A DNA stretch of 64,000 bases, taken from assembly GCA_020833225.1 (NCBI GenBank), contig JAJHQS010000003.1, positions 2,005 to 66,004 of the forward strand. Reading direction: 5' to 3'. Below are positions 8,113 through 18,893 of the stretch, piece by piece. Both the position numbers and the translations under genes were made by a program. The notes below the pieces were generated by a model. The model was not told the DNA's origin. It searched no databases and saw only the letters and a program-made list of their open reading frames with translations. Position 1 is the stretch's first letter, and each line of letters opens with the position of its first letter. This DNA is from Desulfurococcaceae archaeon (GTDB taxonomy: Archaea; Thermoproteota; Thermoprotei_A; Sulfolobales; Desulfurococcaceae).

Positions 8113-10092
8113 TTGAGGCTTCTCTCAAAGTTCTTTTTAAATAGGCCTGACATAGCTCTGAAAACATACATTATAGTGCCGAAAGATAGAGTTGAAGATC
8201 TTACAGAGGATTTCGTTAGAAGGGGGCTTCTAGAGCCATTACCACCACAAGAGGCCGGCAAGGCATTAGAAACCATTAGAAAGAGAATTGAATTAGCTGA
8301 GAGAGCACTAACGCTCTTTAAAAGGCTTAGTTCTCTAGTAAGGAAAAGCATTGAAATTGAAATTAAAGAGCTTCCTTGGGATACTGATAAAGCTCTTGAA
8401 AAACTTATAAATGAATTTGAAGAAATAAGTGAAATAGTTGAGCGCCTAGTAGAAGATGCTGAGAGGGTTAAGAGTGAATTAGAGAAGCTTAAAGCTCTAA
8501 GGTTTGTTATCTCAGAACTCTCAAAAAATATAGGCTTGCTTGATAAGTCGTTAATAAACTACGAGGGTGAATATCTTATCTCTAAGACGCTTTATGGCAA
8601 TGTTCGCGAAGTAGAGGAGGTAATGTCAAAATCTCTTAAAGTACTTTTCTACCGAGTTCTCGGCGAGGAAAAAGCTGTAGCTGTTGTTGTATTAGACAAA
8701 AGAGCGTATGAGAACGTCGAACCATTAGTTAAGAAACTAGAAGTTCCAGTGACAGATACAAGTAATTTCATTGAATTATCTAATGTGGATAAGTCTATTA
8801 GAGAGATCGAAACACGCTTAACCAGTATTGAGAGTAGGCTTGAGGACCTCTTAGAGAGTAGGCTTTATGAACTAGCATTACTTAAAGTTCTCGCTGAAAC
8901 TGTGCACTGTGAACTAGGTGTTCTTGACAAGGCTCTTAGTTCAAAATATATGGCCGTTATAGTGGGGCGATCTCTTAGATCTCGAAGAAATGAATTAAAG
9001 AAATTAGTGAGAGCTGCAAGTGGTTATGTGGTTTTCGAGGAGGAAATAAATCCGCCAGTAGAGCTTAATAATCTTAAGCCATTTAAGCCATTTGAAATCT
9101 TTACGGAGATAATGGGTTATCCCTCGCCTCAGGAGTGGGATCCAACACCTTTAATCACTTATTTCTATTTAATTTTCTTTGCACTAATGTTTCCTGATAT
9201 AGGATACTCTATAGGACTTATTATCGGAGCTAGACTCGTATTGCCATACTTTATTGAGAGTAAAGAGACGCTTAAAAAATTAATAAACATAGCAACATAC
9301 ACTGGTATAGCTGGCTGCGTAACGGGTCTTTTAACCAATAGTTTCTTCGGTTCACTACTAGGATCCTATGTAGGACTAGTTGTTCCAAAACTATTACCAA
9401 GTCTTCCTGCAAGACTAGCTGACCCTGAGGCTACAGGCTCAGCTATTATAAGTTATATAGCTCTCACATTGCTTCTCGGATATTATGTAATAATCATAGC
9501 TCATATACTAGGTGCTATTAAAAAAGCCATTATAGGAGATAAGCCTGGCTTTATACTTGAAGTTTTAATTATCCTTATTGCTATTTTAGGGCCATCAGCT
9601 ATACATGCTGCTTTTAATCTTAATACTGATATATGGGGCTTATTAAAGCTAGTAGATCGAGGCATAATTCTCTATATTACAATAGTAATAATGATGCTTT
9701 ATGCTACATTGAAATCGCTGTTGGATAAGCCTTTTGGTGTTATGTTATGGCTTTTTGACGTGCTTGGCATACTTGCAGATGTACTTTCTTTTGTGAGAAT
9801 TGCAGGCCTAGCTCTAGGTAGTGCTATATTAGCAGAGCTTATAAATAACTTAGTATTAAACTTAATTCCAACATTGAGCTCTATGAGCTTCATACTTGGT
9901 TTACTTGGAGGTATAGCAATCTCACTACTACTTCATATAGTGAATATAGGCCTCTCATCGTTAAGTCCATTTGTTCACTCTTTAAGATTAGTTATGTATG
10001 AGCTATCTTCAAAATTCTACGAGGGTTCTGGTAGAAAAATATCTCCCTTATTTATATCATTATTAAAGGTGAAAATCGGATCTACCACATAG
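8113..10092 (+). CDS. atpI: A-type ATPase subunit I (stator/ion channel, a-subunit homologue)
   Basis: 659 aa. N-terminal half is soluble coiled coil and the C-terminal half is polytopic membrane, including the conserved SFVRIAGLALGS arginine helix. Confidence 0.85.
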   Translation: MRLLSKFFLNRPDIALKTYIIVPKDRVEDLTEDFVRRGLLEPLPPQEAGKALETIRKRIELAERALTLFKRLSSLVRKSIEIEIKELPWDTDKALEKLINEFEEISEIVERLVEDAERVKSELEKLKALRFVISELSKNIGLLDKSLINYEGEYLISKTLYGNVREVEEVMSKSLKVLFYRVLGEEKAVAVVVLDKRAYENVEPLVKKLEVPVTDTSNFIELSNVDKSIREIETRLTSIESRLEDLLESRLYELALLKVLAETVHCELGVLDKALSSKYMAVIVGRSLRSRRNELKKLVRAASGYVVFEEEINPPVELNNLKPFKPFEIFTEIMGYPSPQEWDPTPLITYFYLIFFALMFPDIGYSIGLIIGARLVLPYFIESKETLKKLINIATYTGIAGCVTGLLTNSFFGSLLGSYVGLVVPKLLPSLPARLADPEATGSAIISYIALTLLLGYYVIIIAHILGAIKKAIIGDKPGFILEVLIILIAILGPSAIHAAFNLNTDIWGLLKLVDRGIILYITIVIMMLYATLKSLLDKPFGVMLWLFDVLGILADVLSFVRIAGLALGSAILAELINNLVLNLIPTLSSMSFILGLLGGIAISLLLHIVNIGLSSLSPFVHSLRLVMYELSSKFYEGSGRKISPLFISLLKVKIGSTT

Positions 10093-10158
10093 GTTTCTCA
10101 GATAACTCTCTTATGTCACATAACCTTTATAATCTCTTCTCCCCTATAACCATTAAGG

Positions 10159-10659
10159 GTGTTAATTATGAGTGAAGTGTTTACCCTCATGGCTACTCTA
10201 GCACCCGGATTAGCAGAAGGACTCGCGGTAATAGGTACTACAATGGGCATAACGGAAGCAACAGCGTCTGGCATTCCAACCCTCGCAGAAGAGCCGGGTA
10301 TGAGGGGTAGAGTCTTTGTTCTAGCATTTCTGCCAATGACACAAACACTCGTCTACGGATTTACATATATGTTTCTCTCATATTTTCTTATAATACCTAG
10401 CATACTGGTTAAGTATAAAGGCATAATACCACCACATATAGCTGGAGCCATACTCGGCATTAGCCTTTATGTCGGATTTGCAGAGCTCGTTTCAGCTTGG
10501 AGACAAGGTGTAGTTTGTGGTCAAGTAGCAGCACAACTTATTAAGACGCGTGGTGGCATTTTCGGGAGCGGTATGATATTAGCCGTTTACGAAGAACTTT
10601 TCGGCCTATTAGGCATGGTGTTTGGTATAGTAATGGCACTTTTAGTTGCCGGCTGGTAA
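10159..10659 (+). CDS. atpK: A-type ATPase proteolipid subunit K, duplicated (four-helix, 16-kDa type)
   Basis: An ATG at 10168 is a plausible start. Two hairpins are present. Helix 2 FLPMTQTLVYGF has no carboxylate, helix 3 has WRQGVV, and helix 4 AVYEELFGLLG carries Glu. Confidence 0.85.
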   Translation: MLIMSEVFTLMATLAPGLAEGLAVIGTTMGITEATASGIPTLAEEPGMRGRVFVLAFLPMTQTLVYGFTYMFLSYFLIIPSILVKYKGIIPPHIAGAILGISLYVGFAELVSAWRQGVVCGQVAAQLIKTRGGIFGSGMILAVYEELFGLLGMVFGIVMALLVAGW

Positions 10660-10679
10660 TCACTAAGGGTGTATTATAT

Positions 10680-11261
10680 TTGAGCTTAGAAGAGCTGAAA
10701 AGAGTTATACTTGAAAAGGCAAAACTAGAAGCGGATGAAATTGTGAAAGAGGCTTTAGAGAAAGCTAAGAGTATTATAAGAGACGCTGAAGAGAAAAAGA
10801 GAGCTATTATTGAAGAGGAGCGTAAAAGAGTTCTTGGCGAACTAGGATTAGAGGCTAAATTAGCTGAAGCTAGGAGAGAAGCAAGACTCATTATTGCGAA
10901 AACTAAACAAGAAATTGTCGAGATGCTTAAAAAGAATATAAAAGAGCTGCTTGACAATATGAGTGAAGAATACAGAAAAGTCTCCCTGAAAAAAGAAATT
11001 TTAGAGTCTCTAAGTGAGTTGAAAACTTGTGGTTTCAGTGTAGAGAACATTATAATATATGTGTCACCTAGAGATAAAAATATAGTTGAAAGCATTCTTA
11101 GGGAGATAAATATTAATGCCACCATCATAGAGGATCAGAGGATTAGTGGTGGAATAATACTATCTACATCTAGCGGTGAAGTCTATATCGATAATACCTA
11201 TGAGACTAGGCTTGAAAAAGTACTTCGCAGTATACTACCAGAGCTCTTTAAGGTCGAGTAA
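10680..11261 (+). CDS. atpE: A-type ATPase subunit E (peripheral stalk)
   Basis: 193 aa. Charged N-terminal helix and a globular C-terminus (GGIILSTSSGEVYIDNTYETRLE). Operon position fits. Confidence 0.8.
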   Translation: MSLEELKRVILEKAKLEADEIVKEALEKAKSIIRDAEEKKRAIIEEERKRVLGELGLEAKLAEARREARLIIAKTKQEIVEMLKKNIKELLDNMSEEYRKVSLKKEILESLSELKTCGFSVENIIIYVSPRDKNIVESILREININATIIEDQRISGGIILSTSSGEVYIDNTYETRLEKVLRSILPELFKVE

Positions 11262-11263
11262 TC

Positions 11264-12079
11264 TTGCTTGATAAAGGAACAGCTAAGGCAATCCTCTACA
11301 TAGAGCTTGCAAAGCCACCGTCAGTATTAGAACTTATAAAAATGGTGGCTGAAAAAGAAAGTAAATTTCCTCTTGAAGACTACAAGAATCTTCAAACAAA
11401 GCTTATAGCTGTTAAGACCCTTGAAGACCTCGATAAGGCGTTATTAGAACTTTCTCTATTAGACTTCAACATGATGTCACAATACTTATCCAAAGAGTTC
11501 CTTGAGCTTCTCAGAGTAATCATGGAAACTAGTGAACTGGAGCTTGTGTATTCGAAATTAGGGGTAAAAGTTCTCAACGGGAAGCCCTTACAGTATGTGA
11601 AATTGGTAGATTATAGTAAATGTAGTGGTATTATGCAATTTAGCTGCATTATCTCAACACATCTTTTAAGACTTAAAAATGTATGTGAAAAGACCGGTGA
11701 AGATTGTGAAAGAGCATTAGCTATATTAGCTCTATTAGATGCTTTTTTCTACAATAGGTATCTTAATAATTTAAAAACATTAAAGTTAGGAGAAGAATTG
11801 TCATTACAACAACTAATAGGTAGTAGTCTCGGATTTCTTAAAGGCTCTGGAGTAGTGTATTTTGAGTCAGGCTTAGCGAAACTGCTTGAAGCTATAAAGC
11901 ACAGAGAAGACCTTGTGGAGATGTGGTGTTGTGGAGTAATGACTCTCTATGATATAGCTAAAAACGCTCTATACTATACTAATAAACTGATAGATCTTGT
12001 AACATTATTTGGTATTGATAGGTTGTTTAGGTACTCATTGTTGAGAATATTGTTTTCGAGATGGTTAAGACCATGGTGA
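11264..12079 (+). CDS. atpC: A-type ATPase subunit C (divergent, short)
   Basis: 271 aa, helical. Assigned mainly from its position between E and F. Confidence 0.5.
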   Translation: MLDKGTAKAILYIELAKPPSVLELIKMVAEKESKFPLEDYKNLQTKLIAVKTLEDLDKALLELSLLDFNMMSQYLSKEFLELLRVIMETSELELVYSKLGVKVLNGKPLQYVKLVDYSKCSGIMQFSCIISTHLLRLKNVCEKTGEDCERALAILALLDAFFYNRYLNNLKTLKLGEELSLQQLIGSSLGFLKGSGVVYFESGLAKLLEAIKHREDLVEMWCCGVMTLYDIAKNALYYTNKLIDLVTLFGIDRLFRYSLLRILFSRWLRPW

Positions 12080-12408
12080 AGGAATCTAAAAGAGTTGTTG
12101 TTATTGCTGATAAGGAGAGAACATATTTCTATAGGCTTTTAGGATTCAGTGAAATACATAGTGTTAGTGGTCCAAGTGAAGCCCTTAAATTAATTGAGGA
12201 ATACAAGGCTATGAGAGATGTTAGTGTTATTCTAGTTGAAGAATCTATTATGCAGGCTCTGGGATTAGACTATATGACTCTTAATGAGAAGGGTTTAACA
12301 CCACTAGTAACCATAATACCAGACACAAAGGAGGCTTTAACCCGCAACCCTAATTTATATTACAGGAGACTTGTCTTAAGAGTAGTTGGTTATGAGGTGA
12401 GTGGTTAA
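12061..12408 (+). CDS. atpF: A-type ATPase subunit F
   Basis: About 110 aa. RVVVIADKERTYFYRLLGF matches the subunit F N-terminus pattern. Operon position fits. Confidence 0.8.
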   Translation: MVKTMVKESKRVVVIADKERTYFYRLLGFSEIHSVSGPSEALKLIEEYKAMRDVSVILVEESIMQALGLDYMTLNEKGLTPLVTIIPDTKEALTRNPNLYYRRLVLRVVGYEVSG

Positions 12409-14197
12409 TATGCCTGCTCGCCTAGGGAGGATTTATAGAATTGCAGGCCCACTCGTAGTTGCTGAGGGTTTAGAGTCTCCTAGAATGTATGAGGTAGTTT
12501 ATGTTGGCGATGAGGGTTTAATTGGAGAAGTCATAGCTGTGAGAAGTGAGAAGACATATATACAAGTCTACGAGGAGACGACAGGACTTACTGTTGGCGA
12601 GAAAGTAGAGGCAACTGGTAGACTACTCTCAGCTGAGCTTGGACCAGGACTTATTGGCTCAATATATGATGGATTACAGAGACCTGAACTAGAAATCGGG
12701 AGAATACTAAGAGATATTTTCATTAAGAGGGGTGTAAAAGTAAATGCTCTTGATAGGGGTAAGAAGTGGGTTTTTGAGAGAAACGCTGAGATCAGGGTTG
12801 GAGAGAAAGTTGGTGAAGGCGATATTTTAGGATCTGTGAAAGAAACACCACTAATTGACCACAAGATCACAATACCACCGGGCATTAGGGGTATTATTGA
12901 ATGGATCGCTGGAAGCGGCGAGCACACTATCGAGGACACTATAGCTGTGATCTCTGCTGGTAGTGTAAAACACGAAGTTAAGTTGTATCAAATCTGGCCT
13001 GTGAGAGTTCCAAGGCCATTTAAAGAGAAATTACCACCTAGTGAACCTTTAATTACTGGTAAACGTGTAATTGACCTAATATTCCCAATAGCTAAAGGTG
13101 GTAAAGCAGCAGTACCCGGCGGCTTTGGCACCGGTAAGACTGTTATGTTACAGTCTTTAACGAAGTGGAGTCACGCTGACATAGCTATATTTGTTGGTTG
13201 CGGTGAGCGAGGTAATGAGATGTCTGATGCTCTTAAGAGTTTTAGAGAGCTTTTCGATGTGAGACGTGGTAGACCCATGATGGAGAGGTCTGTATTTATA
13301 GCTAATACTAGTAATATGCCTGTAGCTGCTAGAGAGACAAGTGTCCTATTAGGAGTCACTATAGCAGAGTACTTTAGAGATATGGGCTACGATGTACTAG
13401 TAGTAGCTGACTCTACGAGTAGGTGGGCTGAGGCTATGAGAGAAATTAGTGGTAGAATGGAGGAAATGCCTGGTGAAGAGGGTTTTCCAGCATATCTAGC
13501 TAGTAGATTAGCAGAGTTCTATGAGAGAGCTGGTAGAGTGATAGCTTTAGGATCGCCTGAGAGAACTGGGAGTGTGACTATTTTTGGAGCTATATCACCT
13601 CCAGGTGGAGATTTCAGTGAGCCTGTTGTTAGAAATACTTTGAGGTATATTCAAGCACTCTACGCATTAGACTATGAATTAGCGACTAGAAGACATTTCC
13701 CAGCTATAAGCTGGCTTACTAGTTATAGCCTCTACGTAGACTTCGTAAGAGAATATTTAGATGAGGTCTCTGGTGGTAAGTGGCTTGAATATAGAAATCT
13801 ATTTCTTAAAATACTACAGAGAGAATCTGAGTTATTAGATATTGTAAGACTCGTAGGTCCTGAGGCCCTGCCAGAAGAAGATAAATTACTACTAGAAGTT
13901 GCAAGAATGATTAGAGAGGCATTTCTCCAACAGAATGAATACGATCCTAATGATGCATACTCTTCACTTGAAAAAGGTTTATTAATAATGAATGCTATTA
14001 TAGAGTTTTATAATACAAGTCTTAAATTAGTAAAGAGCGGAGTCCCTGTATTTAAGATCAGGGAGTTGAAGTCACCTTATTTAATATATAGATTTAGGCT
14101 ATATGCACTTGAAGATGTAAAGAAGCTCTACGAGGAGTTTAAAAAATCATTTAAGAAGGAAATTGAGAGTATTATGGGTGAGAGTAGTGGAAGTTAA
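12401..14197 (+). CDS. atpA: A-type ATPase catalytic subunit A
   Basis: 598 aa. Walker [11 protein letters not shown] and the non-homologous-region insert typical of A/V-type A subunits. No intein. Confidence 0.95.
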   Translation: MVNMPARLGRIYRIAGPLVVAEGLESPRMYEVVYVGDEGLIGEVIAVRSEKTYIQVYEETTGLTVGEKVEATGRLLSAELGPGLIGSIYDGLQRPELEIGRILRDIFIKRGVKVNALDRGKKWVFERNAEIRVGEKVGEGDILGSVKETPLIDHKITIPPGIRGIIEWIAGSGEHTIEDTIAVISAGSVKHEVKLYQIWPVRVPRPFKEKLPPSEPLITGKRVIDLIFPIAKGGKAAVPGGFGTGKTVMLQSLTKWSHADIAIFVGCGERGNEMSDALKSFRELFDVRRGRPMMERSVFIANTSNMPVAARETSVLLGVTIAEYFRDMGYDVLVVADSTSRWAEAMREISGRMEEMPGEEGFPAYLASRLAEFYERAGRVIALGSPERTGSVTIFGAISPPGGDFSEPVVRNTLRYIQALYALDYELATRRHFPAISWLTSYSLYVDFVREYLDEVSGGKWLEYRNLFLKILQRESELLDIVRLVGPEALPEEDKLLLEVARMIREAFLQQNEYDPNDAYSSLEKGLLIMNAIIEFYNTSLKLVKSGVPVFKIRELKSPYLIYRFRLYALEDVKKLYEEFKKSFKKEIESIMGESSGS

Positions 14198-15581
14198 ATT
14201 ATATACTAGAATTACTAGGCAGGTTTATGGTGCTAGAGGCTCATTGGTCTTTGTAAAAACACTACCTGGAGTACGTTATGGTGAGCTCGTAGAACTAGAT
14301 GTTGATGGCGATGTGAGGTTAGGACAAGTTGTAGATGTATCACAAGATGTAGCTGTTACACAGATCTTTGGGTCTTCTCTCGGCATTACACCTGGGAAGA
14401 CAACTGTGAAGCTGCGTGGCGAAAGACTTAGACTTCCAATATCAATTGATATGTTGGGGAGAATTTTTAATGGATTAGCACAGCCTATAGATGGTGGACC
14501 TCCAGTAATACCAGAAGACTATATGGACATTCATGGTGAGCCATTAAATCCAGCACTTAGAGAGCCGCCATCTGAGTTTATTGAGACAGGTATTTCTGTT
14601 GTAGATGGAATGCTTACACTTGTACGTGGACAAAAGCTTCCAATATTTTCTGGTAGTGGGTTACCACACAATAAGATCGCTATGCAAATTGTGAGACAAG
14701 CTAGAGTTAAGGGTAAAGAAGAGAGCTTTGCCGTTGTTTTTGGAGCTATTGGAGTTACATTTGAAGAGGCTATGTACTTCCTCAACGAGTTGAGGAAAAT
14801 GGGTGCTATTGATAGAACAGCTGCATTTATAGCGCCGGCTTCAGCACCTACAGTAGAGAAACTCGCCTTGCCGAGGACAGCTTTAACTCTAGCTGAGCAC
14901 TTAGCGTGGAAACACAATATGCATGTCCTTACAATCCTCACAGATATGACTAACTACTGTGAGAGTCTTAGAGAGATCTCAGCTGCTAGAGAAGAAGTCC
15001 CTGGTAGAAGGGGTTATCCAGGCTACATGTACACAGACCTCGCTACAATGTATGAGAGAGCTGGTAGAGTCTACGGTAAGAAAGGTAGTGTTACAATAAT
15101 GCCAATACTTACAATGCCTGATGACGACATAACACACCCAATACCAGACCTCACAGGTTACATTACAGAAGGTCAAATAGTATTATCTAGAGACCTCTGG
15201 CGTAAGGGAATATATCCACCGGTTGATGTCTTCCTATCACTTTCAAGAATGATGAAAGAGGGTATAGGTCCAGGTAAGACTAGAGAAGACCATCACCCAG
15301 TCTTCGGACAACTATATAGAGCTTATGCTGATGGACAGAGGTTAAGAGAAATCATAGCTATTGTGGGCACAGAGTCTCTAACTGAGAGAGATAAGAAATA
15401 TCTGGAATTTGCAGATGCCTTTGAAACTAAATTTATAAATCAAGGTGAATATGAGAGGAGAACTATTGAAGAGACGTTAGATTTAGCATGGGATCTCTTT
15501 AGTATACTACCCGAAGAAGAGCTTGCTATTAGAGAAGAACTTATTAAGAAGTATCACCCCAAATATAGGTCTCAGAAATGA
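14163..15581 (+). CDS. atpB: A-type ATPase subunit B
   Basis: 472 aa with a clear B-subunit body ([28 protein letters not shown]). The true start is probably a GTG at 14178 or 14187. Confidence 0.95.
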   Translation: MRVLWVRVVEVKLYTRITRQVYGARGSLVFVKTLPGVRYGELVELDVDGDVRLGQVVDVSQDVAVTQIFGSSLGITPGKTTVKLRGERLRLPISIDMLGRIFNGLAQPIDGGPPVIPEDYMDIHGEPLNPALREPPSEFIETGISVVDGMLTLVRGQKLPIFSGSGLPHNKIAMQIVRQARVKGKEESFAVVFGAIGVTFEEAMYFLNELRKMGAIDRTAAFIAPASAPTVEKLALPRTALTLAEHLAWKHNMHVLTILTDMTNYCESLREISAAREEVPGRRGYPGYMYTDLATMYERAGRVYGKKGSVTIMPILTMPDDDITHPIPDLTGYITEGQIVLSRDLWRKGIYPPVDVFLSLSRMMKEGIGPGKTREDHHPVFGQLYRAYADGQRLREIIAIVGTESLTERDKKYLEFADAFETKFINQGEYERRTIEETLDLAWDLFSILPEEELAIREELIKKYHPKYRSQK

Positions 15582-16198
15582 GTACAGAGACTATTAAAAT
15601 ACCTAGACCAACTAGGATAGAACTACTGAGACTTAGAAGAAGACTAGCACTAGCTAGGCGATTTCACAGCTTACTTAGAGATAGAGAAATATATTTACTA
15701 GAAGTCTTCAGGGAAACACTAAAATCTGTAGTTGAAGCTAGGAGAAGACTTAATGAGCTATTAATAAAGGCTTACTCTAGCTACTACACAGCACTCTACT
15801 TACACGGGTTAGAGGCATTAGAAGTGTACTCCTCAACAGTACCAGCTATAGCTAAGCTACAAGTAAGCTATAAAAATATTATGGGTGTATGGAGTTACTC
15901 GTATAATATAACTGATATACCAACACCACAACCATATTTACCACTAGAACTCTCAGAACTACAATTAACCAGGAAAGAAATACTTGAACTTTTAACTAAA
16001 ATCGCCGAGTACGAGAAGGCCCTAGTAAATCTTGGCGCCGAGATCAGGAGATTAAGGAGGATAGTTAACATGTTAGAGAAGGTATATATACCGAGACTTG
16101 AAAGAACAATAAGATATCTCACAATGAAATTTGATGAAATGAGGCGTGAAGAAACTATTAGAGCTATTAAGATTAAGAGGAGAATAACAAGAGAATAA
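15578..16198 (+). CDS. atpD: A-type ATPase subunit D (central stalk)
   Basis: 206 aa. [19 protein letters not shown]-terminus and a helical C-terminus. 4-nt overlap with atpB. Confidence 0.85.
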   Translation: MSTETIKIPRPTRIELLRLRRRLALARRFHSLLRDREIYLLEVFRETLKSVVEARRRLNELLIKAYSSYYTALYLHGLEALEVYSSTVPAIAKLQVSYKNIMGVWSYSYNITDIPTPQPYLPLELSELQLTRKEILELLTKIAEYEKALVNLGAEIRRLRRIVNMLEKVYIPRLERTIRYLTMKFDEMRREETIRAIKIKRRITRE

Positions 16199-16214
16199 TT
16201 TAGCTATTTAGGCT

Positions 16215-16772
16215 TTATAACTGTTCTCTAAGTAGTTTTTCAAATTCTTCTCTAATATTTATTACAACATATCTTATCCTCTTCTCTTCGACAGCTCTTT
16301 TAACTTCTCTCTCAATGTCAGAGAGTCTTGAAGACTCACTAGTCTTCACCTCTATAAACAAGATCTCTTCTATAATGCCACGTGAAAACCCCTTAAAAGC
16401 TACATAGTCTACTGGAGAACCTAAGTGCCTTAGATCTTTTGGCTCAATATTTAGACTTAGAAATAATACTAATGGTGCTAGTTCTTCTCCAACTTTGCCG
16501 AGAATAGTAGCAAGACTTCTCTTTACAGCGTCTTCTCTAATTTTCTTCTCTTCTATTAATTTCCACTTCTCTAACTGAGATTCAAAATCTTTTCTCAAAG
16601 ACTCTTCAATACTCCTCTTAACTACTTCAAGCTCATATTTTCTCCACTCGTTAAAGAGCTTCTTGGCTTCTTCTACGGCGAGAAAATATATTTTCTCATG
16701 TATACTTCTCAGTTTAAACTGATAGTAAGCTACAAGCACAATGATAACTACTAGTAGTATTAATTCGAGCAA
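16215..16772 (-). CDS. Membrane-anchored endonuclease related to the archaeal Holliday-junction resolvase (COG4741-like)
   Basis: 185 aa. N-terminal TM helix, a coiled coil, then GSPVDYVAF...ILFIEVKTSESSRLSDIEREVKRAV, a restriction-endonuclease-like core. Confidence 0.5.
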   Translation of the reverse strand: MLELILLVVIIVLVAYYQFKLRSIHEKIYFLAVEEAKKLFNEWRKYELEVVKRSIEESLRKDFESQLEKWKLIEEKKIREDAVKRSLATILGKVGEELAPLVLFLSLNIEPKDLRHLGSPVDYVAFKGFSRGIIEEILFIEVKTSESSRLSDIEREVKRAVEEKRIRYVVINIREEFEKLLREQL

Positions 16773-16819
16773 GTTTTAATCACCAATATAAAATATCCGT
16801 GAGGATGAAACTTAAGAGA

Positions 16820-17410
16820 TTAGTGTTCTTTCTCTACCTCTATACCCCTAGATCTCAGGGAGTCTATTAACGAGGATGATCTTGAAATACTCAGCGTTAT
16901 TGAGGCTATTATTACCCGTAACCAGTAGTTTAAACCTTCTACACCACGAGCTCTATATACAGTAACTACATCTAATATCTCTCTGAGAACGTTGTTAAAA
17001 ACTATAGAGAGTAAATAGAGTATTGGCATTCTCTTGAGAGCTGAGGGTTTTGTTGTAGAAGCTATGAGCACAAGTACTGGTAGTGTTGATGCCGCTACAA
17101 GAGTAAATCTTGTAACTCTAGCAAGGTCTCCGTGTAGTAGCAGAGCTCCAAGTGTCATTGAAGCGTGGAGAATTAGTATTGAGGTGATTATATAAATTGT
17201 AGATCTCCATAAACCAAGAACTAGGAGTATTGATAATAGAGCTATTACATAGGCTATTGCTATGATAATTTGTTGTGTAATAGAAAATACTACTGAGGAA
17301 ATTAGAAGTACAAATTTAAATGAGAAAGACCATGGTGAGAGTAGTATTTGTGGAGCTTTATACTTATAATCTAATACCTCGCGAAGTACAGATAGAAGCA
17401 CAGATCTCAC
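16820..17410 (-). CDS. ECF transporter transmembrane (T) component, short
   Basis: 196-aa polytopic protein ending in SLIDSLRSRG (coupling-helix-like). Overlaps the upstream ATPase gene. Confidence 0.6.
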   Translation of the reverse strand: MRSVLLSVLREVLDYKYKAPQILLSPWSFSFKFVLLISSVVFSITQQIIIAIAYVIALLSILLVLGLWRSTIYIITSILILHASMTLGALLLHGDLARVTRFTLVAASTLPVLVLIASTTKPSALKRMPILYLLSIVFNNVLREILDVVTVYRARGVEGLNYWLRVIIASITLSISRSSSLIDSLRSRGIEVEKEH

Positions 17411-18098
17411 CTCTAGGTAGAATACCCGCTTTTTCTAATACATCATCGCTAAGACTCTGCCACTCACCACTACTAGATATTACGCCCTGATCTAGTATAA
17501 TATAAGTGTCTGGTTTTAGTAGAGAAGCATAAAATACCTCATGCATAGTTGCAATAATAGTTTTACCTCTACTTCTACCATATTCAACAAGTCTTAAAAT
17601 AGAGTCTACACCACTTTTATCTAGAAACATGAAAGGATCATCTAGAAGCCATATAGGCTGGTCGGCAATAAGAATAGAGGCCATAGAGACACGCTTAGCC
17701 TCTCCTCCACTAAGAGTGAAGGGATCGCGCTCCATAAGCTCTTCTGATACAAGTAATTTCACAACCTCCCAGTTACCCGGCAATCTTAGAGTATCTAGAG
17801 TAGCTCTTATTTCATCTCTAACAGTAGCCTCTATAAAGCCATAGTAGGGGTTTTGCCAACAATACCCTACGAGTTTTACAAGATCTCTCCTCTTTAAGCC
17901 CTTAATACTCTTACCCATAACAATGATCTCTCCTCTGAACTCAACAAGTCTCGCAATAGCCCTTAATAATGTCGTCTTACCAGCACCATTTCTTCCAAGA
18001 ATAACATGTACACCTGGAGTAAATTTAGCTGAAATCCCTTTAAGAACACTCTTATCTCCATAATAAACCCACACATTAATAAGTTCTACAGTGATCAA
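17364..18098 (-). CDS. ECF/ABC transporter ATP-binding protein
   Basis: Walker A GRNGAGKTT, signature LSGGEAKRV, Walker B WLLDDP. Confidence 0.85.
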   Translation of the reverse strand: MITVELINVWVYYGDKSVLKGISAKFTPGVHVILGRNGAGKTTLLRAIARLVEFRGEIIVMGKSIKGLKRRDLVKLVGYCWQNPYYGFIEATVRDEIRATLDTLRLPGNWEVVKLLVSEELMERDPFTLSGGEAKRVSMASILIADQPIWLLDDPFMFLDKSGVDSILRLVEYGRSRGKTIIATMHEVFYASLLKPDTYIILDQGVISSSGEWQSLSDDVLEKAGILPRGEICASICTSRGIRL

Positions 18099-18202
18099 TA
18101 AACATCACCATGACCATATAATTTATGGTGACTTCAAGTATTTGAAATATAAGATAGAAACATTAGATAAAGAATACCTTTAACTTATTCATATGAGGAA
18201 AT

Positions 18203-18700
18203 TCACTTAAAGACCTTATAGTATTTTCTAATTGTCGGTACTAGTATTAAGCTTCCAATACTCATTGATATAAAGCTTTCACTTGTTAGTAGTATGAATA
18301 GGTATGTGAGGTTTCCGCCGCCGCCAATAATACCTAGTAATAATACTCCAATGTAAAAGCCTACTATTATAGAGTTCACGGTAGCTATTACTATGAGCAT
18401 CCACTTCTTATAGCCTATTAATTTACCGAGAAACCAGTCTATTAGTGCATATGTAAATGTACAAAGAGTTCCTATTATCATATCCCAGATCCCATAAGGC
18501 GAGAATACATTTGCTATTAAAGTACCAAGAGTTAATCCAATAACACTTTCAAAACCCATAACATATGGTAATGGCGAGAGCACATCAGCTATTCTCACTT
18601 GTAAAGGTCCATAACTAAGACCAGGTAATACTAGTACTAATATAGCATAAACAGCTGCCAATATAATAGCATTAATAGATCTCATACTAATAAATTCCAT
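18203..18700 (-). CDS. queT: QueT-like ECF substrate-specific (S) component (7-deazaguanine precursor transporter family)
   Basis: 165 aa, 5-6 TM. GPLQVRIADVLSPLPYV and a Gly-rich C-terminal helix resemble QueT. Sits next to A and T components. Confidence 0.5.
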   Translation of the reverse strand: MEFISMRSINAIILAAVYAILVLVLPGLSYGPLQVRIADVLSPLPYVMGFESVIGLTLGTLIANVFSPYGIWDMIIGTLCTFTYALIDWFLGKLIGYKKWMLIVIATVNSIIVGFYIGVLLLGIIGGGGNLTYLFILLTSESFISMSIGSLILVPTIRKYYKVFK

Positions 18701-18893
18701 TCATATCACACACTACGTCTTCTTCTAGTTATAGAAGTTAAAAACTAAACTAATAAAACAATGTTCATAGTTAGAGGTAAGCTAACTATGATAAATGAAT
18801 TTTACTCGTAGACGTTAGAAAATTTATCCATAGCTAATTGTAAATCATAGCTTTTTAAGTTAAAGTTTATTTCCTAAGCTTGGGGGAGTTTGT

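Noticed and set aside
10541-11128. 195-aa ORF on the minus strand
   Set aside because: It is entirely antisense to the well-supported atpK and atpE genes. Its Ser/Leu/Ile-rich low-complexity translation is typical of the shadow frame of a Glu/Lys-rich gene.
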